A stretch of DNA of 64,000 bases, taken from assembly GCF_006345805.1 (NCBI RefSeq), contig NC_043011.1, forward strand, positions 24,936,464 to 25,000,463, written 5' to 3'. Source of the DNA: Octopus sinensis (taxonomy: Eukaryota). This document shows, piece after piece, positions 1 through 12,329 of this stretch (the stretch's first letter is position 1; the number at the start of each line of letters is the position of its first letter). The notes below the pieces were generated by a model. That model saw only the letters and a list, made by a program, of their open reading frames with translations. It was not told the origin of the DNA and did no database searches. The position numbers were made by a program, and so were the translations under genes.

Positions 1-1494
1 TGAATACAGGGAGTATTAATGTGTATTGTAAGATGTCATGGTAATTTAAAAAGTAATGATCAGATATCTGGAAAATTGAGTTATCTGATAACCCTCTGGC
101 CTCAGTGGTACTGGGTATGAAGGAGTTTACTGTATCATAAAATATTTCTAAATTTTGTTTCCACAATCTACAGTATTTAACATAAAAAACTTAGCTCTAT
201 TTGAAAAATTGAGATATGTTGTTATTAATTCATTTTAATCTTTTATGGTTATATTTCAACAAAATTACAGCCATTAAACCTCTCCATACAAGATATCACT
301 TAAACAAAACAAAACAAACAAAAAATCAGATAATGCAAAACAAGTTCATCTTGTGTTTTTGTTTTGCTACTTTCAATGACTGGAATGTGGCAATGCCGGC
401 ACACAAATTCTAAGTATACAGATGATTATATCAACTGACCCTCATTCTTGCAGACAATCACTTTATTTTATTAGCTCCAGAAGTACAAATGACAACGTCG
501 CTTTGGACAAAATTTAAATTCAAAACATAAGGAGATGCAATCAGTGACTGCAAGATATTCTGTTCAATACATGACCAACCTTGCCATATACCACCCATTA
601 GAGAAATCCCATTACAAAATAGAATACTAATAGGATACCCTTTTTCCTAACTGTAGAAATTCACAGATTTTTACTTAATTTTTACATACAGCTGTTGATG
701 TTTTTGTGGCAGAAGCTCCATTGCCAGCCAAAGTAAATTAGAACTGATGTCAATACCTTGATTTATAAAGGATGGGGGTGACAATATTAAGAGTCAATTA
801 ATTGTCAATTTATGTTAAACTATATTATTTTCAAACTTTAGTACAGGGCTAGCAATTTTGGGTTAGGGCATTAGTCGCTTACATCAACACCAGTGCTCAA
901 CTGGTACCTATTCCATCGACATTAAAAGGATGAAAGGTAAAGTCAACCTTGGTGGAATTTGAACTCAGAATGTAAAGATAAAAAAAATGCCATTCTGCAT
1001 TTTGCCTGGCACAGTAACAATTCTGCCAGATTGCTGCCTTATTTATATTCATAAAATTTTCCATTTTTTGTCACTTTTTTTTTCAAACTAGAATGGGTTG
1101 GGCAAATGATTAATTCATTAAAAATTAAAGTTTTTAAAGCTATCAATTTATGATGAGACTACTTTCTAATACCAACTGCTTCAAGATGAACAGAAACCAA
1201 TTTAAATATTTTGGATGAATGAAGCATGGCTTTAACAAAGATAATGGTATCTCACTCCAGTTTCTAGGTATTAAGTAGAGGAGAGATAAATTATTTCCCT
1301 GGACAGAAACCTGTTCTATTTTGGCAAACATTCCAAAAGAATTTAATATCTGCTCAAGGCGAAGTGAAGATCAAAGAGATACATCAACTGTCAAAATAAG
1401 TATTACTCACTAAAAGAGTTGGTTGTTCAATATCATTATCCACCCAGCATTTTAATTCAACAAGCATAATTGTGTTACACACAATACACATATG

Positions 1495-1500
<6 letters not shown>

Positions 1501-1538
<38 letters not shown>

Positions 1539-1706
1539 TACATTTTTATATATATATACACACGCATACAATATATGTATATATATATATATGTACATAC
1601 ATTTTTTATATATATATACACACATGCATACAATATATGTATATGTATGTGTGTGTATATATATATATATATATTATATATATATATATATATGATAATA
1701 ATAATA

Positions 1707-1740
<34 letters not shown>
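1501..1740. repeat. Compound (TA)n/(CA)n/(AAT)n microsatellite with an internal ~60-nt duplication
   Basis: tatgtacatacatttttatatatatatacaca(c/t)gcatacaatatatgtat occurs twice, followed by (AAT)n. Confidence 0.9.
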
Positions 1741-1745
<5 letters not shown>

Positions 1746-1783
1746 AAGTAACAAGAAGATGGATTTAGTATTAATCTTTATTT

Positions 1784-1883
1784 TGTACAACCGTTTCGAC
1801 CCATCTTGCTACTGTCCCTTATGGGTGGGACTCCTTTCAATATGTTTTTTATCAATTTGGTAGGCTGGGTCTCATCAGGTACA
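1784..1883 (-). ncRNA. Minimal type-I hammerhead ribozyme motif, degenerate (3-nt loss in loop III)
   Basis: Minus strand reads TGTAC-CTGATGA-GACCC-(64 nt)-GGGTC-GAAA-CGG-TT-GTACA. Stem I is 5 bp, stem II is 5 bp, and the core is intact. Confidence 0.7.
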
Positions 1884-2337
1884 TCAATACAAAAAGGTTT
1901 CTGTCTCGCTAAAGATCCTGAGTTTTGGCTGTCGTGTTGTTATATGCCCATCTGGTTAGGGAATGAAGCATCAATTACTATGATCTTTTTTCAGTAAGAG
2001 TTGCAAACACTTGTAAATATAGACAAATATTTGTTGATAAAAATTTAAAAAAAGTTCATAGGGGAAGTTAATTGATGGACAGGAAAGATTGAGTTACATT
2101 AAGTTTAAGACAGAGAGATGATATCAATCCATCCCTGTCCATCCATTAACTTTGCCTACAAACATTTTTTTATCAACAATTATTTGTCTGTATTTACAAG
2201 TGTTTGCAACTCTTATTGAAAAAAGATAATAGTAATTGAAAATTGTAGTGATGCTTAATTCCCTAACCAGACAGGCATATAACAACACGACAGCCAAACT
2301 CAGGATCTTTAGTGAGATGCAAACCTTTGTGTATAGA

Positions 2338-2443
2338 TGTACCTGATGAGACCCAAACTGCAAAATTGATGCAACACAACACGTTAAAAGGAGTTTCACT
2401 CATAAGGGACTGTAGCAGGATGGTTCAAAATGATCGTTGTACA
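2338..2443 (+). ncRNA. Minimal type-I hammerhead ribozyme motif, degenerate (GAAA and stem II decayed)
   Basis: TGTAC-CTGATGA-GACCC-...-GGTTC-AAAA-TGATCG-TT-GTACA; retains the palindromic loop III (GATC). Confidence 0.6.
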
Positions 2444-2745
2444 AAATAAGGATTAATATCAAATCCATCTTCTTGTTGCTTAAGAAATTACTGCTACCTC
2501 AACTAACACCACAGAATTCCTGGAGAAGGTCCAATGGAAATATACCCTAACTGTGGATGACACTAGGTAGACCAAACTGTGCTAGTGCTCTACTCAACAC
2601 TTCAAAACACTAATCAACATATACCCAATAGTCCAAAAATTATAAATATATATATATATATATGCACACACGTATATATTCCTCTGTACAGACATATATA
2701 GCAGCTGCCCCAATCATTTTATCTATTAAAACAAACCATACTTAC

Positions 2746-2939
2746 TGCACTGCTGCGTATTATGGAATATGGCACCCCAATCAGAATTTCGTCTTGTGGG
2801 GAGTCTTGCACTAGTTTAAATATTCTTATGTTGATGTCCCGTGCAACTGTTGCAAATTGGTTTGGCAATTCTCTTAGTAGGAACTCAATTGAAAGTCGAG
2901 CTTGAAGTTCCAATTCAATTTTGGTAACAGCTGGAACAG
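2746..2939 (-). CDS. SZT2: SZT2 exon (last traced in window)
   Basis: tttcag|...|gtaagt; AVPAVTKIELELQARLSIEFLLRELPNQFATVARDINIRIF; phase 1 to 0. Confidence 0.88.
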
Positions 2940-4364
2940 CTGAAATGGAAAAAATATACAAATATATATATATTATATATATAAAAGCACTCAGTCCACT
3001 CTGCAGGGTGGTTGGTGTTAAGAAGGACATCCAGCTGTAAAAACCATACCAAAACAGACACAACAGCCTGGGGTAGTCTTCTATCTGGCCGGCTCCTATT
3101 GAACCATCCAACCCATGCCAGCATGGAAGGCGGACATTAAATGATGATGATGATGATGATATATAATAAGTTCAGGAACAGCTTACATGTCAAGAAGTTT
3201 GCTTCCAAATCATAAGGTTTTAGGTTCAGTCCCACTGAGTGGCACCTATGATATTCTAATCACATGTCTATTGTATCACAGATGCGAACTCTCAATGTAG
3301 AGTGGCTCAACCTGGAGAGACTCTCCAAGCTATGCACCCTGTTGAGTTATGCCAAGCACAGGCATAACTGTGTGGTAAGAAGCTTGCTGACCAAAGGCTT
3401 GTGAGTGGATTTGGTAGACAAAAACTGAAAGAAGCTATCATGTTTGTGTGTGTGTGCATGCATGTAACTGACTCCTTGTCCTGACTTCATGTGATAATTG
3501 TAAAGGAGTTTCACCATCATCTAAGTGCTGTCCTTCATTTCCAATCTTCCATGCAAAGACATGTCTGGTCACAGGGAAATATTACTTTATTTGGAAACAG
3601 GTGAAGGTTGGCAACAGGAAGGGCATCTGGCCATAGAAAATCCACCACAACAAATTCCTTTTAACCCATGCAAGCATAGGAAAATAGATGTGAAAACAAT
3701 GATATGGATGATGATAATGTCCAGAGCATTTGTCGCTGAGGAGAACAAATCAAATCAAAACACCATGTCTGGCAATCCACCAGCATTCTGAGCAAAGCCC
3801 TGGTTTTTAACAAACAATTTTCTTTGAGAATTTTCCCAGAGACAACCTTTCGAACTTTGAGCCTCATGGAGGCAGTGACAAATGACTGTGACCTTTGGCA
3901 ATATACTGCGCTTGAGAAGACCTGTCAAGCCAAGTGAGATTGCAGTCGTGGCCAATGCCAGTGTTTCATAACTGGCACCTGTGCTGGTGGCACATAAAAA
4001 GCACCCACTACACTCTTGGAGAGGTTGGCGTTAGGAAGGGCATGCCAAATCAGATTGGAACCTAGACCAGCTTACCAGCTTTCAGTCAAATCATCCAACC
4101 CATGCCCGCATGACTATGTTTTTGTTTACATTTGTGCTCTAAGAAATTTGCATACTACACTTGGTGTGGTCCCCATGCTAGCATAGCTTGGATGGCTTTT
4201 GTGTCAGAGTATTTTAGTGGCCAGATGCCTTTCCTGCCATCAATTTTAGTTCTAGGATCTCAGTATATCTCTTCTAAAACCAGGATACACAAGGATACAT
4301 GTACCTATTTTACAAAAAAAAACATAACATAGAAATAGGATAAATGGTCAAAAGAGAAACTTAC

Positions 4365-4554
4365 CTAAATTAAAGCAGAAATCTAACCAGTGTGGAAGAG
4401 ATGTCCAAAATACTGGGTGAAGAAAACCTTTCTCGCCACTTTCATACTGAAAGAACATGTGAGGTTGATCTTTGACCTTGTGCTGAAAGCTACTATACTG
4501 AGAACTAGGGCTCTCATTACTGCTAGCTGATGTATTCCATGAAGTCTCTGACCC
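4365..4554 (-). CDS. SZT2: SZT2 exon
   Basis: gtaaag|...|gtaagt; ..QYESGEKGFLHPVFWTSLPHWLDFCFNL; phase 0 to 1. Confidence 0.88.
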
Positions 4555-5000
4555 CTTTACAAGAAAGATAAAAGAAAAAATGACAAAAATGAAAATAGAT
4601 CAACCCCAAAACAATTACCATAAATAAACTGAAAAAGGAGCAGTAATGGATGCCTGGTTAAGAAGCTAACTTTGCAACCATGTGGTTTCCAGTTCAGTCC
4701 CACTGTGAAGCACCTGGAGCAAATGTCTTGTACTATATAGCCTGAAGCTGACCAATGCCTTGCAAGGAAATCTGGTTGACAGAAAATGTGTGGAAGTCCA
4801 TCACATATATTTTTATGTATGATTGTTCAGTTTTATTTCAAGATTTCTTGCTAATAGAGAAAGAGCCAGTTTTTAATCTAGGCTCCTCCGTTGGAATTTC
4901 AACACCAACAACATGGTATTTTTGTTTGTATTTATGTATGGATGCATGTAAGTAAACCTGTCTCCTAGCTTCCCTTCTGGTGATCTGATAAAGTATATAT

Positions 5001-5043
<43 letters not shown>

Positions 5044-5912
5044 TTCCCTGATTTGATACAGTATATATGTATACACATGTGTGTGTGTGTGTGCATTTCT
5101 CCAGTGTGTGTGTGTTTGTTTGTTCCCCCACCATCACCGTTTAACAACTGGTGTTGGTTTGCTTATGTTCTAGTAAATTAGAAGTCCAGGGACTGATAGA
5201 ATAAGTACCAGACTTAAAAATAAAAATAAAAGAAACTTGAGTCAATTTGAATTAAAGGATGAAAGGCAATGTTGAGTTTGTACTCAGAATGCAAAGAGCT
5301 AGAAGTATCACTCATTTGATGTGCTCATGACTTTGCCAATAATAACAACAACAAATAATAATAATAATAATAATCTTTTTTACTATAGGCACAAGACCTG
5401 AAATTTGGTGAGAGAGATAGTTGATTACATCAACCCCAGTACTCAACTGGTACTTATTTTATCAACCCCAAAAAGATGAAAGGCAAAGTCTGCCTCTGCA
5501 GAATTTGAACTCAGAACACAAAGACAGATGAAATGCCGCTAAGCATATCGCTCGGTGTGCTAACAGTTCTGCCAGCTCAATATTAATACTAATGCTAATA
5601 ATAATAACAATGATAAAGTAATAATGGTTTCTGATTTAGGCGCAAGATCAACAATTTTGACAAGAATTCAGTCAATTTCATTGATCCTCAGTGCCTGATT
5701 AGTACTTTATTTTATCAGCCTCAGTAGGATTTGAACTCAGAACATAAATAGCTGGAATAAATACTGCAAAACATTACATTTTTTTTGTCTGACACTCTAA
5801 CAATTCTAGAGACTTGCCACCTTGATGATAACGATCATGGTGATGATGATGATGATAAACCTGACCCTTGTTTTGTACAAGATAAATCCTGAGGGAGATT
5901 TTGGTTACCTAC

Positions 5913-6046
5913 CTTTGTCGTGTCTTTTGAGGAAGGTGTTGAAATTGGTGGCTTTGACTTATCCTTGAAAAGGGATTTAGCAGATAACTTGGACTGAATA
6001 GTTAACTTCCTGGAAGCGACTTGTAATTTCTCTTCGTTTTCTCTCA
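5913..6046 (-). CDS. SZT2: SZT2 exon
   Basis: cattag|...|gtaggt; VRENEEKLQVASRKL..TPSSKDTTK; phase 1 to 0. Confidence 0.82.
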
Positions 6047-6273
6047 CTAATGTCAAAAGTTAACCAAATTTATAGATGTATTAATAATAAAATGAAAGAA
6101 CATTTGGAAGTGAAACTTTCAATACTTATCACAGTTGGAATAATTCTTTCTTTCTTAATTGAGTTTTCAAGAATTCATGTTTTCTCTTTGGTATTTATAC
6201 TCTTGGCTGAAACACACTAGAGAAATGGACACACACACACACACATATGCTGTATCAGATCAGGGAACTGTAT

Positions 6274-7340
6274 ATCATCATTTAACATCCGTTTTCCATG
6301 CTGGCATGGGTTGGACGGTTTGACAGAGGTCTGGAGAGCCAGCAGCTGTACCAAGCTCCAATCTGATCTGGCAATGTTTCTACAGATGGATACCCTTCTT
6401 AATGCCAACCACTCCAAGAGTGTAGTGGATGCTTTTTATGTACCACCGGGACAGGAGCCAGTCAGATGAGCCTGGCATCAATCATGTTTGGATAGTGCTT
6501 TTTACGTGGGCCAACCAGGGGATACTGTCATTGGCTACATTCAGTTGGTGCTTTTTATGTGCCCCCAGCACGAGACCCAGTCAGTGGATACTGGCATTGG
6601 CTACATTCGGACAGTGCTTTTTACATGCCATCAGCACGAGAGCCAGTCAAGCAAACCTGGCATCAACCACATTCAGAAGGTGCATTTTACGTGCCACCAG
6701 CATGGGAACCAGTCAAGGGTCACTGGCCACAATATTGGTTTTACTTGACTCAACAGGTCTTCTCATGCATATCATATCGCATGACACATCAGAAGTACTC
6801 TTAAATGGGCTGGACATGCATGGCGGCAATCTCGCTTTAATTGCCAGATCTTCTCAATCACAGCATATCTCCTAAGGTCTCGATCACCTATCACTGCCTC
6901 CATGAGGCCTAAGGTTCGAAGGTCATGCTTCACCACCTCATCCCATGTCTTCCTGGGTCTACCTCTTCCACAATTAGGGAGTGACACTTCCTCATGCAGC
7001 TGTTCTCATCCATATGCAACACATGACCATACCAGCACAGCCATCTCTCTTGCACACCACATCTGATGCTTCTTATACCCAACTTTTCTCTCAGGGCACT
7101 TACACTGTCGTCTATGCACACTGACATTACACATCCAGTGGATCATACTAGCTTCATTTCTTTCAAGCCTATGCATGTCCTCACCAGTCATGGCTCATGT
7201 TTCACTGCCATGTAGCATCGTTGCTCGCACACATGCACCATACGGTCCACCTTTCACTCTGAGTGAGAGGCCCTTGTTACCAGCAGAGGTAGGAGCTCTC
7301 TGAACTTTTCCCAGGCTATTTTCTCTCCTCTGCCTTCACC
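6274..7340 (-). mobile_element. RTE-type LINE 3' fragment (RT C-terminus, 3'UTR, GAT-type tail)
   Basis: Frameshifted peptides RLERNEASMIHWMCNV / LCWYGHVLHMDE / GRGRPRKTWDEVVKHDL, typical of the RTE C-terminus; 3'UTR shared with many other copies in the window. Confidence 0.85.
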
Positions 7341-7383
7341 ATTCACTCCTACTGCATGAAGATAAATAATTTCAGTAACATAC

Positions 7384-7587
7384 CTTTTACAACCGATGGA
7401 GAACAAGGTTCAGAGAAAGATGGCAGCAAATCATGAGAGGCCTGGCAGATAGGAAAATTCAGCAGCTTGAACTCAGAAATAACATCACACAAAGCACACT
7501 GTACTGACGTGTGAAGTTTCTCCCGTAAATTGTGTACATCAGCATTGCCACGTTGCCATATTCGAAAACGAATATAACGATTTAAAC
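7384..7587 (-). CDS. SZT2: SZT2 exon
   Basis: ctccag|...|gtatgt; ..YIRFRIWQRGNADVHNLREKLHTSVQCALCDVISEFKLL; phase 1 to 1. Confidence 0.9.
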
Positions 7588-7956
7588 CTGGAGAACAGAA
7601 AAAGAAAATTACAGATCAAACAAAATATAGGAAGAAATGGATTGGAATGATTGAATGCAAGTAGCTGTTTGAGTATTAATGATCTGACATGGCTGAATGA
7701 AAACTGTACCTGTTTTGGCAACAGTACTTCTTTGGTGCTTGAGGCAAGCACACAGACACACATACAGACACACGTGTGCATACAGACACACGTGTGCACA
7801 CACACACACACACACATGCATGCAAAAATATATTCATTCAGCTAGAAAAAATGAGAGAGAGACATTACAATTTATTAATTAATTTATGTCATAAGTGACA
7901 TAAACACTTTCTCTCTTCTAATACACATAACGAAGAATATGCTAATACACAAAACA

Positions 7957-7988
<32 letters not shown>

Positions 7989-8899
7989 AAGGTGATAGAG
8001 GGAGAGTGAGGGAGTACAAGAGAACCATTAAAAACCCAAATCAATGTCATATTAATGATGTCAAATAAGTGGCACCAATATGGCTGTGCCAAAATGTCTC
8101 ATACTCAGGAAGAATTGGTTCAACAGGGGAATAATATATTCTTTCAAAGAATTTTGTATGTTGTATTTATGGGTTGGGTGTAGACATAGTCATATGGTTC
8201 AGACGTGTTCTGGTCCACACGGTTGCTTGCAGCATGTTGGGCAAGTGTCTTTTAGCCATAGCCTGGGCACAACCAAAGTTTTGTAAGTGAAATTTGCCAG
8301 ACAGAAACAGTGTGGAAGCCACTCAGATGCATGTGTATACATATTTGTGTACACACAATATTCCATGAAAGCATGCCCAGCCAAGGTGTAATGTTATCTT
8401 ACTTTGAGATAGGTGAAGTTTGGTGACAAGAAAGGCATCCTATTATAGAAAATCTGCCTCAACAAAATCTAACTAATCCATGCAAGCATAGAAAACTGGA
8501 TGAGTACACACCAGCAAGGAGGACCAATTCTGAGGATACACCTGTGAAAAATTAAAAGGAAATATAAAAGGAGAAAGGGGCTCTCTACCCCCCTTTTGAC
8601 CAGGCTCCCGTGGCTTTTATGGGTTTTTCCACGAGTAACCTTTCAAAGCGCCTCCCCCTATTGGGAGTTTTAATTGTTACTTATATTTCGTTGTTATCCT
8701 GCTTTTGTACACAGACTTTTTAAAATGGACAAAACCCTTTGTAACTTGCATCCTGTGTTTTGTCCCTTTATGTTTTAATTGATTTTTGTTAGCCCTTGTG
8801 GCCAATAAATGAATGAATTATAATTATTATTATTATTATTCTCAATATTCAGGGCAAAACTAAGGACCTGACAAGAAGCAACAAATATTTAAAACATAC

Positions 8900-9067
8900 C
8901 GGTTCTTGGTGCTGGTAATTTTTCAAGTAGTGCTGACTCTATGAGGGAAAGGTATTTTTCAGGTGGAACCATGTCATCGTAAACGAGCTGCAGAGGTTTC
9001 TGGCATCCAGTAAATTTGATTTCTTGTTCATGTTCATCAACAAATGCCATTGCAATACATGCAATTC
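8900..9067 (-). CDS. SZT2: SZT2 exon
   Basis: ttttag|...|gtatgt; GIACIAMAFVDEHEQEIKF..; phase 1 to 1. Confidence 0.9.
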
Positions 9068-9281
9068 CTAAAATTGAAATTTAGTGTATAAATTTAAGGG
9101 GAAAAAAAAAGAAAAACTGGCAACTACACAGTGCCAGGCTCAGTTTCACTGTGTGGGTAAGTATCTTCGACCAAATTAGTATAGTAGATTGTCTTCTACT
9201 ATAGCTCCGAGTCAGCCAATGCCTTATGGGTGAATTTGGTAGAAGCAGTTCAAAAGAACCTTATATATACATATCTATTTA

Positions 9282-9690
9282 CTCTTTTACTTGTTTCAGT
9301 TATGTGACTGTGGCCATGCTGGAGCAATGCCTTTAGTCGAGCAAATTGACCCCAGGACTTATTCTTTGTAAGCCTAGTACTTATTCCATCGGTCTCTTTT
9401 GCCAAACCGCTAAGTTACGGGAACGTAAACACACCAGCATTGGTTGTCAAGTGATGTTGGGGAGACAAACATAGACACACAAACATACACAAACACACAC
9501 ACACACACACACATATATGTATATACATATATACAATGGGCTTCTTTCAGTTTCCATTTATCAAATCCACTCACAAGGCTTTGGTTGACCCCAGGCTATA
9601 GTAGAAGACACTTGCCCAAGGTGCCACGCAGTGGGACTGAACCCGGAACCATGTGGTTGGTAAGCAAGCTACTTACCACACAGCCACTCC
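9282..9690 (-). mobile_element. Near full-length tRNA-derived SINE (most abundant family in window)
   Basis: Head gtggtaagtagcttgcttaccaaccacatggttccgggttcagtccc, internal microsatellite, 3' end gactgaaacaagtaaaagag; many diverged copies, e.g. 9715-10090, 10360-10710, 24015-24400, 33900-34290. Confidence 0.8.
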
Positions 9691-11915
9691 TATACTTATA
9701 CATCTATATATATATTTATTTTTCTTTCTCTTGTTTCAGTCATTTGTCTGTGGCCATGCTGGGCACTACCTTGAAGAATTTTAGTTGAAAAAAAAATCAA
9801 CCTCAGCACATATTATTTTTTTGTTAAGCCTGATGCTTATTCTATCAGCTTCTTTTACCACACTGCTATGTTAGGGGAATGTAAACATGCAACACCAGTT
9901 GTCAAGCAGTGGTTGGGTGGGGGACAAACACTTACACCAAAACACACACACACACACACATATATGACGAGCTTCTTTCAGTTTACAAGGCTTTGGTTGG
10001 CCTGAGGCTCTATTAGAAGATGCCCAAATTGCAATGCAGTGGAGCCATGTGTTTGAGAAACAAATTTCTTACCACAAAGCCACACAAAAGCCTCCATTTG
10101 CCAAAATGTTTGCAAGGCACCAGCAGACCTTAAGAGACACATGTATGTCCATAGAACATGATTACTGCTTTATTTCATTGAGCCCTTATTTGTTGTTCAT
10201 GAGAAGAGAATCCATCATTCATTCGTATGTGTTTGTGTGTGTGTGTATGGGATTTATTTCATATTGTATATTTTTGATTTTATAGCCCTGTGTGGCTAAT
10301 AAAGAAACATATATATATATATATACACAGACACAGACACACACACATACACACACATAAGCATAGGCATTTGCTTTCCAACTACATGATTCAATCACTC
10401 GGTGTGGCACCTTAGGCAAATATCTTCTACCATAGGACTGGGCTAACTAAAGCCTTATGAGTGGATTTGGTAGGCAGAGTGTGTGTGTATCTGTCTGTGC
10501 ATAGTCTTTGTGTTTGTTCACCCATACACTAGCAAACAACCAGTGTTGGTGAGTTTATGTCCCAATAACTTAGCAGTTTAGCAAAAAAAAAAAAAGAAAG
10601 ACCAAGAGAGTAAAACTTGAAAGTAACTACTGGGGTGATTTGTTTGACTAAACCTGTGAAAATTGTGCCCCAACATGGTTGCAGTCCAATAACTGAAACA
10701 AGCAAAGAACTTTAATAAAAAAAACTTCAATGTCAAAACAAAAAATAACAGTAAAAAAACAGGACAAAGAAAAAGGCAGTGATGTTTTGTTCCAACTGTT
10801 TGAAAATTATTAACTAGTCATAGATGTCAGTTTGGTAAAGTGGATATAGAATAGTGGAGATGATGATGACGATGATGGTGATGTATCAGAGTATTGGGTG
10901 CTGAAACTAGCTGAAGCACTGTAAATATTAATTAAGTTAGACCTCAGTTCCAAGTTCAGATTCTGGCTGTTATCCTGCAAAGCTTAAAATAAAATAAGTA
11001 CCAGTAAAATCTTGTGCTCATTTCAGACGACTATATTCTACCCATACAAAATTGACCTTATACTAAGTCAAAATCAGTTGTAACTAAGTACATTGGAATG
11101 AGAAGTATCTCTTGAGTTGATCACCAGAGGAAAAGGGACCTCCATAAAGTTGTGGCCCAAGTATTCTACCAGTTTCATGCTTAAATCAACCAAGTCCAGC
11201 CTATCACACCTATCTTACAATGTCATTCTAAAAATATGCAATGACATCATCAAAGTCTCCAAATGATTAATTAAAAACAGTGTGATTAAATAATCATTAC
11301 ATTTGATAGAGCAATCTGAACACTAAAGGGTTAAATTTAAGTTTCATTTGGCCAGATTAGAACAGTTCCCAGCTTCTCCTTTGGTCATCAACCACCTGTG
11401 CACTAGAGCAAAATATGCTGTCAAAATTCATGCAATGGCCCACAATTTTTCTGTGTAAGTTACCTACAACTTTATCAATACAAGAAAACTGTACTAGCAG
11501 AGCAAATAAAGGAGCTTCTATATAGCCACCTGACCTGTTGGGAAAAAAATAAACAGCAGCCAAATCTCTCTCAGATGGGTAACAGTATGAGAGAAAGGAC
11601 CAGAGCTGAACAGGTTTCCTGCTGTTGAGGAGCTACACTGATGTTTTAGAAGAGAGAGTGGGAGTGACTGAATGGAGTTAGAGAGAGTGATGAGGTGGGG
11701 CTTAGAAGATGATTGAGGGTGCTGAGCAGCAGAATAATAATGACGAAACTATAAAGAGCAAAGGATACTTACAGTAATTAAATGAAAAAAGAAAGGAACA
11801 TCATATAATGTAATCATAGATATTGATAAAATATGGTATGGTTACAGCTGGAATATTTCTGATCCTAGGTATACTCAACAACAAAAATAACTGTAGTAGC
11901 AACAAATGTTCTTAC

Positions 11916-11997
11916 CTTTGCTTCCTGAGGAACTAGGTCGATGGTATAGAAACACTTGGTTTTCTTTTAATTCTTGATGTTCACTGCTTGCATAGTC
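11916..11997 (-). CDS. SZT2: SZT2 exon
   Basis: tggtag|...|gtaaga; DYASSEHQELKENQVFLYHRPSSSGSK; phase 0 to 1. Confidence 0.87.
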
Positions 11998-12028
11998 CTA
12001 CCATAACAATATAAACAATGTATGTGTG

Positions 12029-12105
<77 letters not shown>

Positions 12106-12298
12106 AGTAGGGAGAAAGAAAATTATTTTGGAATATAAAACAGCTTGGATTTTACAAGTAAAATTGTAGACAAATCTTATTAAATTTCTTAGAAAGGATG
12201 AGAAAACTAGAAATAAGGAGAAAGAGTATAGAAGAGAGATTGCTACAATATCATCTAAATATCTCAAAACAATTTAAATTTGGTTGTATTCAGTATAA

Positions 12299-12329
<31 letters not shown>

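Larger units (their letters stand above)
1737..2490. repeat. Long inverted repeat (arms ~1737-2092 and ~2124-2490, ~31-nt spacer); probable inverted Penelope-like pseudo-LTR pair
   Basis: The arms align as reverse complements along their length, e.g. ttcagtaagagttgcaaacacttgtaaata versus tatttacaagtgtttgcaactcttattgaa. Both carry hammerhead cores. The left end abuts (AAT)n. Confidence 0.85.

Noticed and set aside
1143-1331. Minus-strand ORF as the next SZT2 exon after 2746
   Set aside because: No acceptor gives the required phase 0 without stops, and similarity is unconvincing. The next exon was left unassigned.
1470-1747. ORF-track 'proteins' rich in YI/CV/HT/II repeats, here and at many other sites (4838, 7539, 26491, 30294, 61015)
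   Set aside because: They are translations of (TA)n, (CA)n, (GA)n and (AAT)n microsatellites.
6429-6875. 148-aa plus-strand ORF with internal repeats
   Set aside because: It arises from the 66-nt (22-codon) tandem array on the antisense strand of an RTE 3'UTR.
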